Below, one piece after another: positions 62,602 through 64,000 of a stretch of 64,000 nucleotides of DNA. The stretch lies in assembly GCA_003427395.1 (NCBI GenBank), contig BFEA01000012.1, positions 3,829,559-3,893,558 on the forward strand. Direction: 5' to 3'. The notes beneath the pieces were generated by a model that worked only from the letters and a program-made list of their open reading frames with translations, ran no database searches and was not told where the DNA came from. Both the position numbers and the translations under genes were made by a program. Within the stretch, counting starts at the first letter, position 1, and each line of letters starts with the position of its first letter. This DNA comes from Chara braunii (taxonomy: Eukaryota > Plantae > Charophyceae).

Positions 62602-63041
62602 CAACAAGGAATGTATAGAAGCGAAGTACAATTCCATAGGGCAACGAGAAAGAAGACAATACGATATGTGGTTTATTACGCAATGAGCAGTTGCTGCTTA
62701 GTGGGATACCCACCTGGATAACTGGCCTCCCAACCCCCTTCTTGCCATGGGTCACATCACGACCATCGACACCAGTCTTCACATCGAGATCCTTAAGCAG
62801 GTGCTCTGGACAACTGGACACCTGCCGTCCCAGCCTATTCGTGCCCAAAACACCTTCCACCTCTTCTCAACTCCATTACAATGCCATCTCTCTCTCTCGC
62901 TCTCTCTCTCTCTCGCAGAGATACACACACACATGCTTACACAAACGCGCACAGGGGGACACGCACGCACACAGACACGCCCTCGTGATGAGTCGGTGAA
63001 AGTTCCACGAAATGGTCATGGTTTTTAGCGGAGTTGTCATA

Positions 63042-63042
<1 letters not shown>

Positions 63043-63135
<93 letters not shown>

Positions 63136-63164
63136 NNNNNNNNNNNNNNNNNNNNNNNNNNNNN

Positions 63165-63197
<33 letters not shown>

Positions 63198-63242
63198 CAA
63201 ACACACACACGTACGCACGCACGCACACGCACACACACACAC
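63043..63242. repeat. (CA)n microsatellite with an N gap
   Basis: Seen directly. Confidence 0.97.
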
Positions 63243-64000
63243 GATGTGTACAACCCCTCAGCTCCTAATGCACACCAATTTTGGCTAATTGAATCCAACA
63301 TCTATAACCCTGCCTCACCAACGCCAAAAGAAATCGGCCATATTATAATAAGAACACCCGCTTGCATGAGACAAGTATACGAGCGTCTCGTGTGAACGAA
63401 CAACTATATCCGTTTTCGTTTCGTATCCCAACAGCTACGCAGTACCTTCGCTCTACCTTTACCTTTACTGCAGAAGCCTTTTCCCGCCCACTTCTACCGC
63501 TTGAACGCCTCTCCTGTTCACCTCCGCGGATCAAATTCCGATGATGAACAGGTTTCCACTGTTGTATGCACCAATGCACAAACACATTCACAACGTCCCC
63601 CGCCAGAACGAATGAAATTCATCACTTCCGCCGCCTACATTCTGATGATGAATACATAGAATGGATGGATAGATTGATTTACGCTACCTCCCTACCCACC
63701 TAACTACCTAATCCTGGCTCAAATAGACTGCAAGAAGACATCGCGATGCAGTAAGGCCAAACTTTTTGTTATTATACCTAAAAAAAACTTAGCCTACTTT
63801 TGCCTCGTTCGCACTCGTTCCTGCTACTTACAAGAACCTTCGTCTTTCCTTTTGCACACGGCGAGCCGCCGAGCTAGCTACCCTATCCGCACTTTTTTGT
63901 TAAACAGGATAGCATACACCACCAGCCCATGAAGTCATCTCAGCCAATCATTAACCCCAGCTACACCAACTACGACCAAGGAAGATCAAGTGACCACTTC

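Overview
Repeat-dominated eukaryotic DNA with N gaps and no intact host protein-coding gene that I can support. Plant-type U2/U6 fragments, a mitochondrial atp1 fragment and the transposon mix suggest a streptophyte, possibly a Chara-like alga (inference). Main contents: (1) a minus-strand Penelope-like retroelement (1-6079) with domain order zinc knuckle, SAP-like, GIY-YIG, RT and a hammerhead ribozyme in each pseudo-LTR; (2) a degenerate L1/Tx1-like LINE (~7300-33780) split by a solo LTR that carries a U2 retrocopy, and by a full-length 14.8 kb Ty3/Gypsy element (17233-32064, GGCAA TSD) that carries a hAT MITE; (3) a second LINE fragment, a second solo LTR, tRNA-derived SINEs, several MITE families, U2/U6 fragments, an atp1 NUMT and tandem repeats. 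The best candidate for an undescribed system is the Gypsy lineage. Its ~2.5-3 kb LTRs encode a protein conserved across three diverged LTR families, its integrase sits in a separate frame with an N-terminal PHD finger, and it has two further accessory ORFs 3' of pol.
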